The notes below the pieces were generated by a model. It did not search any database. It saw only the letters and a program-made list of their open reading frames with translations, and was not told the DNA's origin. A DNA stretch of 63,059 nucleotides, filler included, from Rhabdomonas costata (lineage: Eukaryota), in assembly GCA_019059605.1 (NCBI GenBank). It is 48 parts of 48 records of this genome, joined end to end, with 100 filler letters (N's around TTAATTAATTAA, not from the genome) between each part and the next. Parts side by side here need not be neighbours in the genome. Positions count along the whole stretch, not along the records: positions 21,062 to 22,277 come from JAHMHO010023240.1; positions 22,378 to 23,593 come from JAHMHO010023241.1; positions 23,694 to 24,907 come from JAHMHO010023242.1; positions 25,008 to 26,223 come from JAHMHO010023243.1; positions 26,324 to 27,539 come from JAHMHO010023244.1; positions 27,640 to 28,855 come from JAHMHO010023245.1; positions 28,956 to 30,169 come from JAHMHO010023246.1; positions 30,270 to 31,485 come from JAHMHO010023247.1; 40 more parts are not named here. One strand, 5' to 3'. This document shows positions 22,015-35,016 of this stretch, piece by piece (positions within the stretch are counted from its first letter, which is position 1; every line of letters starts with the position of its first letter). A program made the position numbers and the translations under genes.

Positions 22015-25007
22015 GTATGCCTATGTTTGTCCGCGCTTGCCTCGATGAGGGCCTTCTAGCATTATCCATCTGTAGCCTTGTGCCTGCCGTCAGGCAAGGG
22101 GTTAACTTTTGTACTATGTGACTGAACAACTCCCCTCCCCATATTTATCAATGTTGGTGGGTGCAACGGCGGGGGTCCGTCTATTTTTTTTTTAGGAGGG
22201 GTGGTTACTCTCGAGTTTCCACTCAAACGCGCGCGCAAGAGAAAACAAGGGGACGTCGTCGTCAGTCACAACAAAACNNNNNNNNNNNNNNNNNNNNNNN
22301 NNNNNNNNNNNNNNNNNNNNNTTAATTAATTAANNNNNNNNNNNNNNNNNNNNNNNNNNNNNNNNNNNNNNNNNNNNTTTGCGGTGCTGGGAATGTATTC
22401 GGCCTTCTGGTGTCGGGATTCGGCCTTCTTGCCTTCGTTGCTGCTTTGGGTTCCTTCGCTATGGTGAGTGTATCGACAGTGGTTGTGCGTGTTTCCGTGG
22501 TGTTGGCGTGGGTGTGCGTGGTCTTCTGGTTCGTGGGGTTCGTGGTGCTTGGTTTCGGTCCTTCCGCTTAGGGGTATTCCGTAGTGTCGTTGGTTCAGGT
22601 TGGCGCGCAAGCGTTGGGTATCCTTGGTTCCGTTGTGCTTCTGGGTTCCTGCGCTGTGTTTATGGCTTCTACGGTGCGTGCATCTTGGGTGTTGGTGTGG
22701 GTGGGTGTGGCTTCGGTGTGCGTGGGGGTTGTGGTGCTCGGGTTCGGCTTCTGCGTTGGTGGTGCTGGGATGAATGGAATGGTGTGGGAGGGAGTGTGTG
22801 CAGGTTTCGATGGTGCTGACGTGTGCATGGGTGGGGTTAGTGCTTTGGGTGTGTTGGGTGTTGGGATGGATAGAAGGAAAGGAAGGGGCTGTGGGTTCTT
22901 GCGCTGGGGGTGCTTTGTTGGAACGTGTTGACATGGGAGGTGCGTGTAGGGTGAGCGTTGGTGTGGATGGAGGTGCGTATCTACATGATCTTTTCGGTGC
23001 TTTGGGTGCTTCTTGCGGTGTTGGGTGTGGGATTGACAACGTGTTGGGTACTGGTTTGTGAGCTGTGTTGGAGCTTGGCTTGGGGGTTCTCGCGCGTACT
23101 TGTTCTTCTACTTATATGGGTTAGGGTTGTGGTATAGGTGTAGGTGTAGGTAACCTCGACCCTCAACGCACCTCCCACACCCCCAGATCATGCACACTAC
23201 TCACCCAACGCCACGCACACCCCAACGCACGAACCACCCACCGAAACGCGAAGGCCAACCCCATATCCAGAACCCGAAATCACCAGCAAATAGCCCGTAG
23301 GCACAACCTCTAGCTCCCAGCGTTGCTGCCTAGTCACCCCGTAACCCCGAATGCCGAACCCGAATGCCGAAACCATCTCCGTAAAAGCATTGAACCCAGA
23401 AGACGAAGGCCGAATACCAGAATGCCGAACCCGACCGCAAACAAAACCCTGACAGCGTAAATCCCACTCCCAACACTACTGAAGGCCATGACCACCGAAG
23501 GAACCACGCAACAAGGAAGGCCCGAAGATCGACGCATAAATTCAACCCCTCCCATGAACCCTATCCTAACAACGAATCCTAAGCCCAAACAAANNNNNNN
23601 NNNNNNNNNNNNNNNNNNNNNNNNNNNNNNNNNNNNNTTAATTAATTAANNNNNNNNNNNNNNNNNNNNNNNNNNNNNNNNNNNNNNNNNNNNTTTGGTG
23701 AACAAACAACGAGTGGGCCGAATTGCTGCGCGCTTCCCCCAGTCCCCCAGGGGCCACCAGAGGCTGCAGCCAGTGCTGCCCATCACACAGCCTCTACAAG
23801 CCGAAGATGGATCCTCTCTCCCACTGTCATCATCAAAGATCCGCTCTAGCGGGACCCGAGCTCCTGCGCCACCACTCATTTCCACAGGAATTCAGCAGTG
23901 CGAATGGGCAGCAGGACCCCGGGAGATGATATCCGCGAGCTGAGGTTGGGAGATCTCCAAATTGATTCGCAGGAGAAGGTCGTGGCTTGGCAGTTTGCCG
24001 TTTTGCCAGTGGCAGGTTCAGGGGGGACCCCCTTGAGCAGTCCACATCCCCCACAAACGCCCGCAACCTGCTCCTGCAGACGCACTCTTTTGTGGTGGCT
24101 TTTCGCGAGGCACTTCTTCGCATGCACACGAGGCAGCCGATCACGGGAGAGGGACCTACGAGGCCGAGACCAGGCGAAGTCACAGTGATGCGAAGTCTTT
24201 GTGGCGGTAATCCGGCACCCCTTGGCAACGTTGTGACCAAGGGTTCGAAAGATGAGGACATTGGCCAGCCACGAGCGAGCGTATGTGTTGCACCGGACCC
24301 AACTTCGGGCCTAAGAGCAGAAAGCATGGAACCAAGAGCACCAAGACGACAGCGTCAGCTGGGTCACACACACTGGACTGGTGTGTGAGGTGTGGGGTGG
24401 CAAAGAAAGCACGATGCAAGACGATGCAGGGCGTGTGTGGTTGATATCATAAATGGCACTTGGGTGTTCTTGACCGGGAAGGCCACGGCCAGGAAAGTCC
24501 GCCGGTGCAAGACTAGCAGCAGCTTGACGTGCTGGCGGTGGGGAAAATCCTGGTTATGACCCAGTGTCCAAATTTTGAAAACACATTCACACAACACAAG
24601 CATACAACACAAACCCACACCGTGTTTATGTTTTTATCTTGTCTCGCTCCGCACGCTAGCCAAGGTCAACCCACAGCTGCGGGGGCAGCCCTGTCGACTC
24701 GCATGCCCCCCGATTCTCCAGTCCCCCGATTCCGCGGACCACCACCTTCGCAGGGAGTATCCTTCGCAAGGTTGTGCCTCCATCCATCCTTGTCTGGTTT
24801 TTAAGGTTTTGCGAATGCGAATGGGACGACGGAAAGAATTCCTGAGTCAGCGCAGTGCTGCGAAACGTGTACCGCGAAAACCCCACAACCCCAAACACAC
24901 CCACCACNNNNNNNNNNNNNNNNNNNNNNNNNNNNNNNNNNNNNNNNNNNNTTAATTAATTAANNNNNNNNNNNNNNNNNNNNNNNNNNNNNNNNNNNNN
25001 NNNNNNN

Positions 25008-25922
25008 AGGGGGGAGGTTTGGGAGGATGGGCCTCTGTGGCAGCACCGTGGGGGCAGTCCACTGCGCTATACGTTGCCGTGCTTCCTGGGAAGACGTCCC
25101 AGGGGCTGGAGGCCGGCAAGCTGACTGCTGAGGTGGAACTCGGGTTTGGGGTGCGGACCCAGACCTTAAACCTGTCGTGGAGCCGTGACCAGGCGCTCGG
25201 AGCACAGGCTTTGATCGGGATCACACGCGTCAGGCTCAGTCCTTTGACAGCAGCGATGGGACAAGGGCCTTTGCGGGCGAGACTGTTCCCCGAGGAGGTG
25301 CAACGGAATCTGAATCTCCTCCCCAGCCCCCACCTTTTTCTTTTTGCGTCATTCTACCCTCCGCTCATCGCCGTAAAGATCCAAATGCACTTTGTGTGAA
25401 GGGAACTCATGCACATCTGAAGGCGGATCCAGTTCCCGAAACACACCGTCTCTGCGCAGGTCTCCTCTGTCCCCAACGGCTCCAACAGCACCTGCCCCCC
25501 AGGCCGCTTCCTGTACCTCAGCCCCTCCACAGGCGCGCTGAGCTGTGCGGTTTGCCAGCAGATGGGGTTGTTGTGCCCCGGCGACGACCTGCAGCACCTC
25601 TGCCTCAAGCCCCTCACCGCCGCGGTGTGGCCCCCACTCTCCAGCCCCACGGGGTACACCTCCGCCTCGCAGTGTGAGTTTGCGTGCGTGGACCCGGCGC
25701 AGTATCACAGCCCGGGCTCGGACCTCTGTGAGGCCCTGCCGCTGGGGATGTACTCCCCAGACGGCACCACTGCGGTGGCCCGCTGTGTGCTCCCCGAGGT
25801 GTTCGGGGCGGGGCTGCCTTCGCTGGGATCTTTCGTAGGCTTCGCAGGGGGCGCCACAAAACGCACCGCAGAGTCCTGTCCGGTGCGGCCGCTGGGCCGA
25901 GTGGCGTGGGTTTCCTCGGCAG
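25008..25922 (+). CDS. Cys-rich extracellular protein fragment (CPPG/CxxC modules). Exons <25008-25228, 25460-25922
   Basis: Reads ...STCPPGRFLY...SCAVCQQMGLLCPGDD...QCEFACVDP...LCEALPLGMYSPDG..., with a phase-0 GT-AG intron at 25229-25459. Confidence 0.65.
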
Positions 25923-27416
25923 GTGCCTGCAGGACGCATTGGCATCATGTTGCATCATGTTGTTCTCTTTCCTGGCGCCTGGGACGCTCTGATAGTGCGA
26001 GGTCAAACCGATGAAAGGCATTACTTTACTATTGTGCCCAAAGGGTATAGGCAAGTTCCCGGTTCTGCGGTTCCCCTAGGACCCCCCTCCTGGTTTAAGT
26101 CTCCCTAACCCTCTGCGAGGCTAAATAATATCCAAAAGGGCACGGACACAACTCAATCACTGGAAGTAGTCGTCCCGGAAACACTCATGAAAGGGTCAGC
26201 AGAGCCAGGAGACCACCAACCCCNNNNNNNNNNNNNNNNNNNNNNNNNNNNNNNNNNNNNNNNNNNNTTAATTAATTAANNNNNNNNNNNNNNNNNNNNN
26301 NNNNNNNNNNNNNNNNNNNNNNNGGGGGTGTGGAAACCCGGTACGATGCTAATTTACAGACAGTGGTAGACGCAGGATCAAAAAGGATTCAGCTTCAGAA
26401 AGGAGCGAAAGATCCATCTGCTTTGGGCTGAAAACCACATTGGGCTTACAAAGCTACGTGAGCTTAATTCTTATCCAGTGATACTGACTTCTATCCCAGA
26501 TGGATCCTATTCTGCTGCATCCTTTTTGATCCTGCGTCTACCACTGTCTGTAAATTAGCATCGTACCGGGTTTCCTCACCTCTCATGTGCATCTGTTTAT
26601 TTTACTACCGGGCCGAGTAAGCAACCCTAAGTCCGGTGCTTCACAACACTCCGAACAGTTGGGACTCCTGTTGCTGTTTGCTGTTGGGAAATCACTGCGG
26701 CAGAGACAGTTGGCATGAGCTCGGTTTCGGCCCGCTGTCTTTGGGGAGGTAGAGCTGGGTAGGAATTCAGGACAAGTTTTTGCTTGAAGCGCTGCATATG
26801 TGTGCGAGTGGTTGAGGGGAAAGCATTTTGGAAGCATTGCGAAGTGAGAAAGTACTGTCATGTTTATGCTTGATGAGTAGGCTCGGAAGGTTTTGTCGGT
26901 GCTATTGCGTGTAAGGGTTGTGTGGGTCTTGCCAAGGTCGTTTCTGGGTGGTGAGAATTGCGGGCGCGGTAGAATCCACTGGGGATATGAAGCTTCAGTT
27001 TTTCCCTCAGGAATCTCTCTAATTGCAATACCCTCCTGCCGTTCTAAGTGCTGCAAGTTAGCAAAGTTTAATCCGCTCGCCGTGGTTAGTCGTCGGTGAC
27101 AGGACAAATCTCGATTTCGATTTCGAAATAGACTCTACAAAAGAAAGTTGAGAACAGGCGAAATATCGATGATATAGCACGATACACCGTAGACGCAGAA
27201 CACATGCTTTTTAGGCTCGGTAATATGAAGACGTTAGAAACATGTCAGTCCGTCTCAGTTGTTTTGTGTCGATTTGGACATGCCGAGACTACCCGCCCAT
27301 GGCATAAGCTTGCCAACGGTTTTCGCATTTCTGGCACGGTTGTCCGTACAGCTCGAAAACCTTTCCCCTTTTTGCACCCCTTTCTCATTTTTTTTCTCGG
27401 AAGAAGGAAGACCAGA

Positions 27417-27539
27417 ATGTCACGCAAGCCGTCGGATGTTGGTGAGGTGGTGCGGCTGAAGCCCTTTCAGTACATCCACGTCCATGACAACAACAGCAAT
27501 GTCACTCGGGTGGTGCTGGGGCCCGTGACCTTCACCAAC
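27417..27539 (+). CDS. MVP: Major vault protein, N-terminus (3'-truncated)
   Basis: MSRKPSDVGEVVRLKPFQYIHVHDNNSNVTRVVLGPVTFT matches the MVP repeat-1 motif IRIxPxxYIHVLDxNxNVxRVxxGPxT. Confidence 0.88.
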
Positions 27540-29597
27540 NNNNNNNNNNNNNNNNNNNNNNNNNNNNNNNNNNNNNNNNNNNNTTAATTAATTAANNNNN
27601 NNNNNNNNNNNNNNNNNNNNNNNNNNNNNNNNNNNNNNNCGCGAGCAAGTGGGGTTGTCAAGTGGAAGGCGGTTTAGTCCCCTTCCGATTGTTTTGTGTC
27701 GAAGCTAAGGCGGTAAAGTCCCCTTCGAGGTGAGGCAAGGTACGAGAAGCAAAGCGGGCAAGTCGGTCGTGGGAGATTTACGAAGGATGACGGGTCGCTG
27801 ATCGAAGGTGGTTAAGTACCCTTCGAAGGAGTTTGAGAAGCGAACGAGAGGGTGTGAAGGAGTGGCCGGTTGCGACAGAGAGTCGTCGACCAAGAGTTCA
27901 CAGGATTGGGCAGCAGCGAATAGTGGTTGCGGCCAGGCTCTACCCAGCCCTCGGAGAAAGCGATGTCAACCCGGGGGAAAGAAACTCTCCTCACCTAGGT
28001 AAGTGGACAGCGCTCACAAAGCGAAAGCTTTGCAGGGAGGGACCACGGAGTGGAGCGGATCGAGTGGGCTACGCGGGGGAGTCGCAAGAGCCACGTAATT
28101 GGTCCGGGCCCGCCGTGCCGTCTGAAAGTCACCCTGTCTTCTTTCATCTCCTCGACAGATCGGGCGCAGGACGCACCAGATTCAGCTGAGGCCACCATCG
28201 CACCAAAAATGCCGCTGACGCCGCGCACAGTTTGCAGCAGCTACCTCCTGCTGTCGTGTTGCTGCGTTCGTGGGACCTCTCAAAGTTGTGTACCTTTCCT
28301 CCCGTTGCCTTCCCCTGGCCCCCGGGAAACGAAAGTTTTCGAAGGAAACTGACGTTTCCCCGACGTCCCTTCCTTCTCATCACGTTCCTAGACATTCTCT
28401 TTTCTTTTGCCGGCCCCCTCTTTCTTTCTTCTCTCTCCCTTGCTTTTTGACGGTTTTGCAGTCTGTGAAATGCCACGGCCCCAACGCTGTACACAAGCCA
28501 CCTTGGTTGTGAAAATGAAAAACGTTGTGTTTTCTACCGTTGCCTTCTCCTGGGCGAAGTTTCCGAAGGAAACCGCCCTTTTTTGGCCTTATGGCGGCCG
28601 CAAATAGACCCTTGGATCCCCGAATTCTCGATAAGGTCAATTTTGGACTTTTCAGGTCATTTTGGTCGTTATAGGGTCAAAGGGAGGTTTTCCGGCCTTA
28701 AAAATGCCGCAACATGAACGGATCTTCCTCCGCGGAAGGGCTACCGTGAGGCAAAGGATGTTTTCTGGTCAGGTAGGTAGCAGCGATGCCGTGGCTTGAA
28801 TGTGAGCAAAAACGCCAGTATTCCCTAATTTATACTGCTTTCATGCCAAACAAAANNNNNNNNNNNNNNNNNNNNNNNNNNNNNNNNNNNNNNNNNNNNT
28901 TAATTAATTAANNNNNNNNNNNNNNNNNNNNNNNNNNNNNNNNNNNNNNNNNNNNGGGTTTTTTGATCTTTTTTTTTTGAAATTTTCTGGGTCCGCCATT
29001 GAAGTGGTAACTTTTGCTGCATTGCTCGTTCGTCTCACCCCAAACAAAGAGCAAAAGAGGACGTCTTCAGTGGAAACTAACCTGCACATGACGTGTGGCC
29101 GGTTTCTGTCTCGGTCCACACACAAGAATGGTATAAAACGCAGCTCACCCCTTCCCCGCCCGACTGCCTTACAATTGTCACCAGGACTGAGGTGGGAGCC
29201 AGAAGAGAGGGGGGGGGGGGCACTGCTCCGAACGCACCTCCCGCACCCCCGCACCAGTAAGGAGTCGAAAAGGGGAGGCATGTGCCAACAGAGCTAACAG
29301 AGCAAACAGAGCAAACAAGGGAGGAGTGTACATCAAGAAAGAAAACCACTCCCAGAAAAAGAAAAGAGCGTAACCAGACAACAGGAAGGGAAGGAGGATA
29401 CAGCTATCTGTTCTGCTTCTAAGAAGGCACATCAGGCGGCCGAAGGCCATTTCTTCTAAACACAATAGTGGTCTCCCGAACTGAGGGCTCCACAAAGCAC
29501 CCAGCCAAATGCACCACAAGGCCTTCCGCAGCACCACTGAGCACCACCGTTATATGAGAAATTTTGAAGTCTCAGCAGGGCAGAGAGCAGTGCACAC

Positions 29598-29895
29598 CGG
29601 CAAGGAGATCGACTGCACTGTGACGAAATAGTTAGCGATGCCACCCAGCGAGGTTGCGCGGTGGAACCCAACAAACCGGGCCCAGCCGCCCAGGACGGGA
29701 TTGTACATGGCTCGTGAGAGGGCTCGAACAACACTGTCGTTGAACTGAGTTGCGGGGATCTGAGGCCATGCCCCTGTCATGTTGTCAACATCATCCAGAA
29801 TATCTGGCCCCCGGGTAGAACTGGCCACCAGATACCCAGTGCTCGCGTCGACAACAAAAATCACCGTCCCGGGGAACAATGAGGAGGAAAGCTGA
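29598..29895 (-). CDS. Exon resembling an extracellular Cache-like sensor region (receptor cyclase or kinase type); boundaries approximate
   Basis: LFPGTVIFVVDASTGYLVASS...IPATQFNDSVVRALS...YFVTVQSISLP, followed by a GT donor. Confidence 0.35.
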
Positions 29896-31113
29896 GAGGA
29901 ATGCAATTTGCTAAGCGCAAAAGGCCACGGCCAGTTGAAGAAACCAGGTGGGGGTCATGCGCGTCACGATGAAACACTGACACATTGAAAACAACCGAAA
30001 TCCTTCCCAAAAAACTCCTGCCGAAACACTGAAACAAAACCTTCTCTTCTCTACCACATACTCAAAGTTTCGCTCTCCTTTAGTGTTTGTGGTTAGCAAT
30101 CTTCCCTGCTGAAAAAAAACCCCTAGGCCTGCTTCGGCTTAGCCCTCTACCATTGTGCACCATCTTCCCNNNNNNNNNNNNNNNNNNNNNNNNNNNNNNN
30201 NNNNNNNNNNNNNTTAATTAATTAANNNNNNNNNNNNNNNNNNNNNNNNNNNNNNNNNNNNNNNNNNNNGTTGTGGTGGAAAGAGCAGGCTTTTGCTGCT
30301 GCTCTTGGAGTGTGGACCCCGGCGTTGTCCCGTGGGTGTCTCTTTGCCACAATGCCACAGCCTTCAGCCGATAGAACTCCGGATCAAAGGTGGTCTGTCA
30401 GAAGCAAAAGAAGGTCTTGTGTTGGGAACTTTCTTGCTGATGTGATGTGGAAGTAGCAGAATACATTGCCCACGTCACCTTAAAGTAGAAGTTTTCGGGA
30501 TGTGGTCGAAAGGAGGAGCGTTTTTACCTACCTACAAGCGGTGTTTCGTGGGAAAAAGGTCTGCTGTGGAATTTATGATGTAATGTTCAACTTGAACAGC
30601 TTGGTTGGTGGGAATAGGTATCTTCGCAAACGGCGCACTGAACAGGCAGTGACATGGTTTTCTCTCATGGCAAGCGACTGTATGGGGTGTTTCAGGATAT
30701 TTTCAGGCTTTTCGGACATTAAAACGACCTTAATGAGTGTCATTTCATCTCTTCTCTGAGGTTCCGTGTCAGTGTTTGCCGAATTATCACCTCAACGTAA
30801 CCCTCATTTTTGACATGACCCACGTCACACCAAGGTGCAATAACAGAACATTTTCTCAGATATGATCCGAAAAGAAAACCAACAGCCGTCTTCAGGTGCA
30901 CAGCCTGTGAAAAATTAACCTCTGAAAACATGAATACAGTTGGGTCAGCCTCGCAATTACGAGCTTGCACTCGTCCGATTTATTGACTTACTGATGCCTT
31001 CCCTGATCCCACCAAAGAAGCACCACACACACTTGCCGACACCCTTAGACCAGCGGTGGCAGAAAGGTGAGCCAAACCATGAGAATGAAAGGAGAATGTC
31101 TCGGACAAAGCAC

Positions 31114-31331
31114 CTGGGCGCCGCGAATGCCCCTTTCGCAGGTCTCCACAACCTTATCAAACCGCTTGGCCTCGAGGTAGCCCAAGGCAAGCATGTAAAA
31201 GAAGACAGGAGCTGCCTTCTTTTTGTCAAGCTCGGCGACAGCAGGCTCCAGCAGTGCAAGCCCCATTTCCACGCGGTTCGCCAAAACCTGTTCGGAAATA
31301 GACACCGCAGAGTGAGGGGAAAACCTCTTCC
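31114..31331 (-). CDS. TPR-like helical-repeat exon
   Basis: ...GLALLEPAVAELDKKKAAPVFFYMLALGYLEAKRFDKVVETCERGI... has the TPR spacing and is AG/GT-bounded. Confidence 0.55.
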
Positions 31332-31879
31332 CTAAAAACAATAGAAGACCAAACCATCTGAGTGCGTCTGAGTACTGATAAGCCATCCACATAAGCCACC
31401 ACCATTTGCAGAGACATGAATGCCCGAAAATGAGGGCTGAGTTTATTCGGTAGTTGTAAAAAAACGAGTTGCCCTCCAACCACCCNNNNNNNNNNNNNNN
31501 NNNNNNNNNNNNNNNNNNNNNNNNNNNNNTTAATTAATTAANNNNNNNNNNNNNNNNNNNNNNNNNNNNNNNNNNNNNNNNNNNNATTTTGTGCTATTAC
31601 CAGGGAGGGGAGGGACGGACAAGAGCCGCCATGGGGACCGGCTCTGTACCACAGTAGCAGGGTAGTGGACAGCTCACGAAGAATCACCGATTCTTTGAGA
31701 GTTCACGAGGTCGCCTAGAGGTGTGGAAGGGAGAGGACTACAGTCTGTCTTGCATCTCTGTTTCGGAGGGCTTGATGTTGTTAAAGAAGAAGGTATCCTG
31801 TACTGCACGGGATGAGAAGAATTATGCAGTATTTCTGTACAATTTTATGTCAGGTTTCTTTTCTTATGCACTCCGCGAA

Positions 31880-31945
31880 GCGTTTGCGTTTGCGTTTGGG
31901 TTTGCGTTTGCGTTTGCGTGCGTTTGCGTTTGCGTTTGCCTTTGC
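31880..31945 (+). repeat. (GCGTTT)n microsatellite
   Basis: About 11 imperfect units. Confidence 0.85.
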
Positions 31946-32456
31946 GGAGCCCAGAAGGACGACGCATCCTTTGATGGCTCAACCGGGCACCTAGACCTTT
32001 TTTTGCATTGCTGCGTTCTCTCTCTCTCTCTCTCTCTTTGGTTCTCGAGAGGAGTAGGTTTTTGCCGACTAGTCCTGAGAAGAAGGGCAACGATTTGTTT
32101 AAGCTAGGGTGGGGGAATTTCCTTTGTTTCAGAAGTTTACCCACAAGCTTTCAGCAAGAGCAACATCACATTTCCTCCCACTCAGTCGCGTCAGTCACTG
32201 AGTTGCGCAGGGCATCCCATTCGAACGACCGAGACCATGGAATAGGGAGACATCAAGTAGAAGGGCCCTCCCACCACCATCATGCGTTACACGGGTCACG
32301 ATAGGGAGAGATTCCTTATGAGTTCAAAAACCGGACGCCAGCTTCCCGAAGCAGGCAAAAAGCACATAAACTTATTTGACCAGGTGGCACCGACCTCAAA
32401 GTTCAAGTGGGTGTGGTCAGAGTTCAAAGATCAATGTGACCAGTTCAAAGTTCAAT

Positions 32457-32489
32457 TCAACTCAACTCAACTCAACTCAACTCAACTCA
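32457..32489 (+). repeat. (TCAAC)n microsatellite
   Basis: Seen directly. Confidence 0.85.
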
Positions 32490-33738
32490 GGTCGATTCAA
32501 TTTAAAGTTCAGTGCAACCCTGTCCAAAGTCCAAAACAACCGCATTTTTTGCACGCCCGGTATTACAAAAGTTGGACCGCGCCAACTGCCCAGTCCACTT
32601 GTACCAGACCTGACATCAAATCATAGTGGTGGGGGAAATCGAAATATGTCAGGCCTCATTCATTTGCCGAGATCAACAACAGACAAAGTCACCCCACAGC
32701 TGGCAGCCAGCGGAATGGGAACTTATTAGAGTGCGCGAGGTGACCCCCACACACACACACACACGAAAAAAATCATCTGCACATTGGTGCCCAAAAACCC
32801 CNNNNNNNNNNNNNNNNNNNNNNNNNNNNNNNNNNNNNNNNNNNNTTAATTAATTAANNNNNNNNNNNNNNNNNNNNNNNNNNNNNNNNNNNNNNNNNNN
32901 NTTCTTTCCTCCCAAGTCTCAGTGCTGCGTTGGCTTGGCTGCTGTGCTATTCTGTTATTGAGCACCGCCAGATCCTTTGCAGCGGCGCAAACACAAACGT
33001 GGTGCGGCCTCGCTTTCTCCTGTGGGATATGGGAAAGTGCTCATTCTTCTCCATTCCTTTTTTGTTATTCCCATTGCCATTGCTCTGGACCGGCATCTTC
33101 GCAAAGACGCCTGCACTTTTTATGCCCTTCCCTTACTCAGAGCGGAAGCTGTACCTGGTCGCCGCCTGCCCTGCTCCCTGTGCTGCACCAGTGGCACGGG
33201 CTAATCAACGGGAAGGACGCCGAGCGGAAGCCTGGAAATAGCCGACAGCCTGGCGACGCAGACGCGGAGCTCCGCACGGCGGCTGTGGTTGGGGTCACTG
33301 GCCCAGCGGCGCTGCTGTGGCTTCCCGGGATCCCCGAGGAGCTCAGGGAGGCCGTTGCTCAGGCTCAGGGGGTGGCCGCGGTGATGGAGGTGGCCAGTGT
33401 GCTGGTATCCACCGCAGAGGAAGGTGCGCCGTGCTTTCTGCGCTCTACGGCGAGAGTGGTTTGCTGTGTGGGTGGAGTTGTATGAGAGCGATGGGCATGG
33501 CATGATCGATGGAAAGATTCACACAGCAGTTATCCCTCCGCCTGTCTGTCTCTTTGTTTTCGTTGACTTTTGCAGATGCACCAACCGCTTCACAGTTTCC
33601 TTTGGGATTATGGCTGCCTTGTATCTCGTCTACTCTGAATTCTTAGGTTGCCAGTCAGCCCTTTCGTTCAAACCGCCAGTGCTTGCGTTTAAGGGAAACC
33701 CGCCTGTGCTTGTTGTGGTTGCTCACCATCGGTTCTCT

Positions 33739-33780
33739 TGGGTGTGGGTGTGGGTGTGGGTGTGAGTGCGGGTGTGGGTG
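33739..33780 (+). repeat. (GGGTGT)n microsatellite
   Basis: Seen directly; imperfect. Confidence 0.75.
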
Positions 33781-34415
33781 TTTATGTGAACTTCTTTTCA
33801 TTCATTCATCTTCTCCCTTCCTTCTGTGTTGCTTCTGCTTCATTTCGGCATTTCAGTAGATCTTCCGTAAATCTCGTGCATGGATTTTGTTCATTCATGC
33901 ACCTTCGCGCACAGGCTCACCGGCAGGTTCTGTTCTCTTCACAGCTTGTCCTTCCACCTAACACACAGGATTCCCTTCCTCCCTCCAAGACTTCGTCCGT
34001 GGCCCCGTCCGCTCCCTCCTGCGGGGCTTCTCCCAGCTGTGCACGGCGGGGTACCCTCTGCTCCTGCATCCCTCGCTCTCGCCCACCGAACGCCTCTCGT
34101 CGCCCCCACCACACCCCNNNNNNNNNNNNNNNNNNNNNNNNNNNNNNNNNNNNNNNNNNNNTTAATTAATTAANNNNNNNNNNNNNNNNNNNNNNNNNNN
34201 NNNNNNNNNNNNNNNNNGGTGTTTGTGTTCAACCGTGTTCTGAGTGACCAGGAAAATTTTCTTGGGTTTCGCGGCTTCTTGCTGGTGACCCCTGCCGCTT
34301 TCGTATCTTTCGTCGAAATTCTTGTGAGGTTTGTGGGGGGGAGGTGTATGATCGCAAGTACCCGTTCTTATGAATTATTCTCCTGAATAGTGTTTGAATT
34401 CATTGCTCTTAAAAG

Positions 34416-35016
34416 GTATTACTGTCCTCCGGGAACGCAGTTCGCGACTCAGTACCCATGCCCTTCCGGGACAGTGGCGCTTGCCACGAATCTCCAGAAC
34501 CTGTCTGCTTGCGTGCCCTGCCCGTGGGGTATGCGTGTGTACGGGTGTCTGGGCGTGCCATGTCTGTGTGATGCCCCCCGACAGCAAGCCTGGCGTGATT
34601 TGTGTCTCAGAACTGAGGTGGTGAAGACCGACAGATTACTTCTTGTCATCATGTCATCTTATCCTCTTTTTGTTTTTGCTTTGGCGTACACCCTCTCTTC
34701 GTCCCCTCTGCTGTTCTATAAATGTGCGATTCTCTGAACACAAAATGCGCCCCAATCAATCGCCATAGTCCCAAAGCGGTTACCGCCGTTAACTGTTTAA
34801 CACACTAAAATTCATTTGCCCCCTCCCCCGTGTGGTGTGGAAGTGGTGTGCAGCCGCTGACCCGCCGTTCTTCCTGCCTGCAGGGCAGTACTGCCCCACC
34901 CCGGCGACGAACCTGAGCGGAGTCCTGAACTGCAGCGCGGGCTACTTCTGCCGCTCCGGCGCCACCACCCCGCAGCCCACGGACAATGTCACCGGGGCGA
35001 TCTGCCCCGCCGGAAG
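34416..35016 (+). CDS. GCC2/GCC3 (ephrin-receptor-like) Cys-repeat protein fragment. Exons 34416-34528, 34884-35016
   Basis: YYCPPGTQFATQYPCPSGT...SACVPCPW|GQYCPTP...LNCSAGYFCRSGATTPQPTDNVTGAICPAG is a classic CPxGxYC repeat with a phase-consistent intron. Confidence 0.85.

Noticed and set aside
22326-23061. Overlapping H/T/P-rich and G/V/C-rich ORFs
   Set aside because: The compositional skew depletes stop codons, and there are no recognisable motifs.
27890-27994. RNHYSLL as an OTU deubiquitinase His motif (minus strand)
   Set aside because: It is only a short motif, and no catalytic Cys segment was found in the contig.
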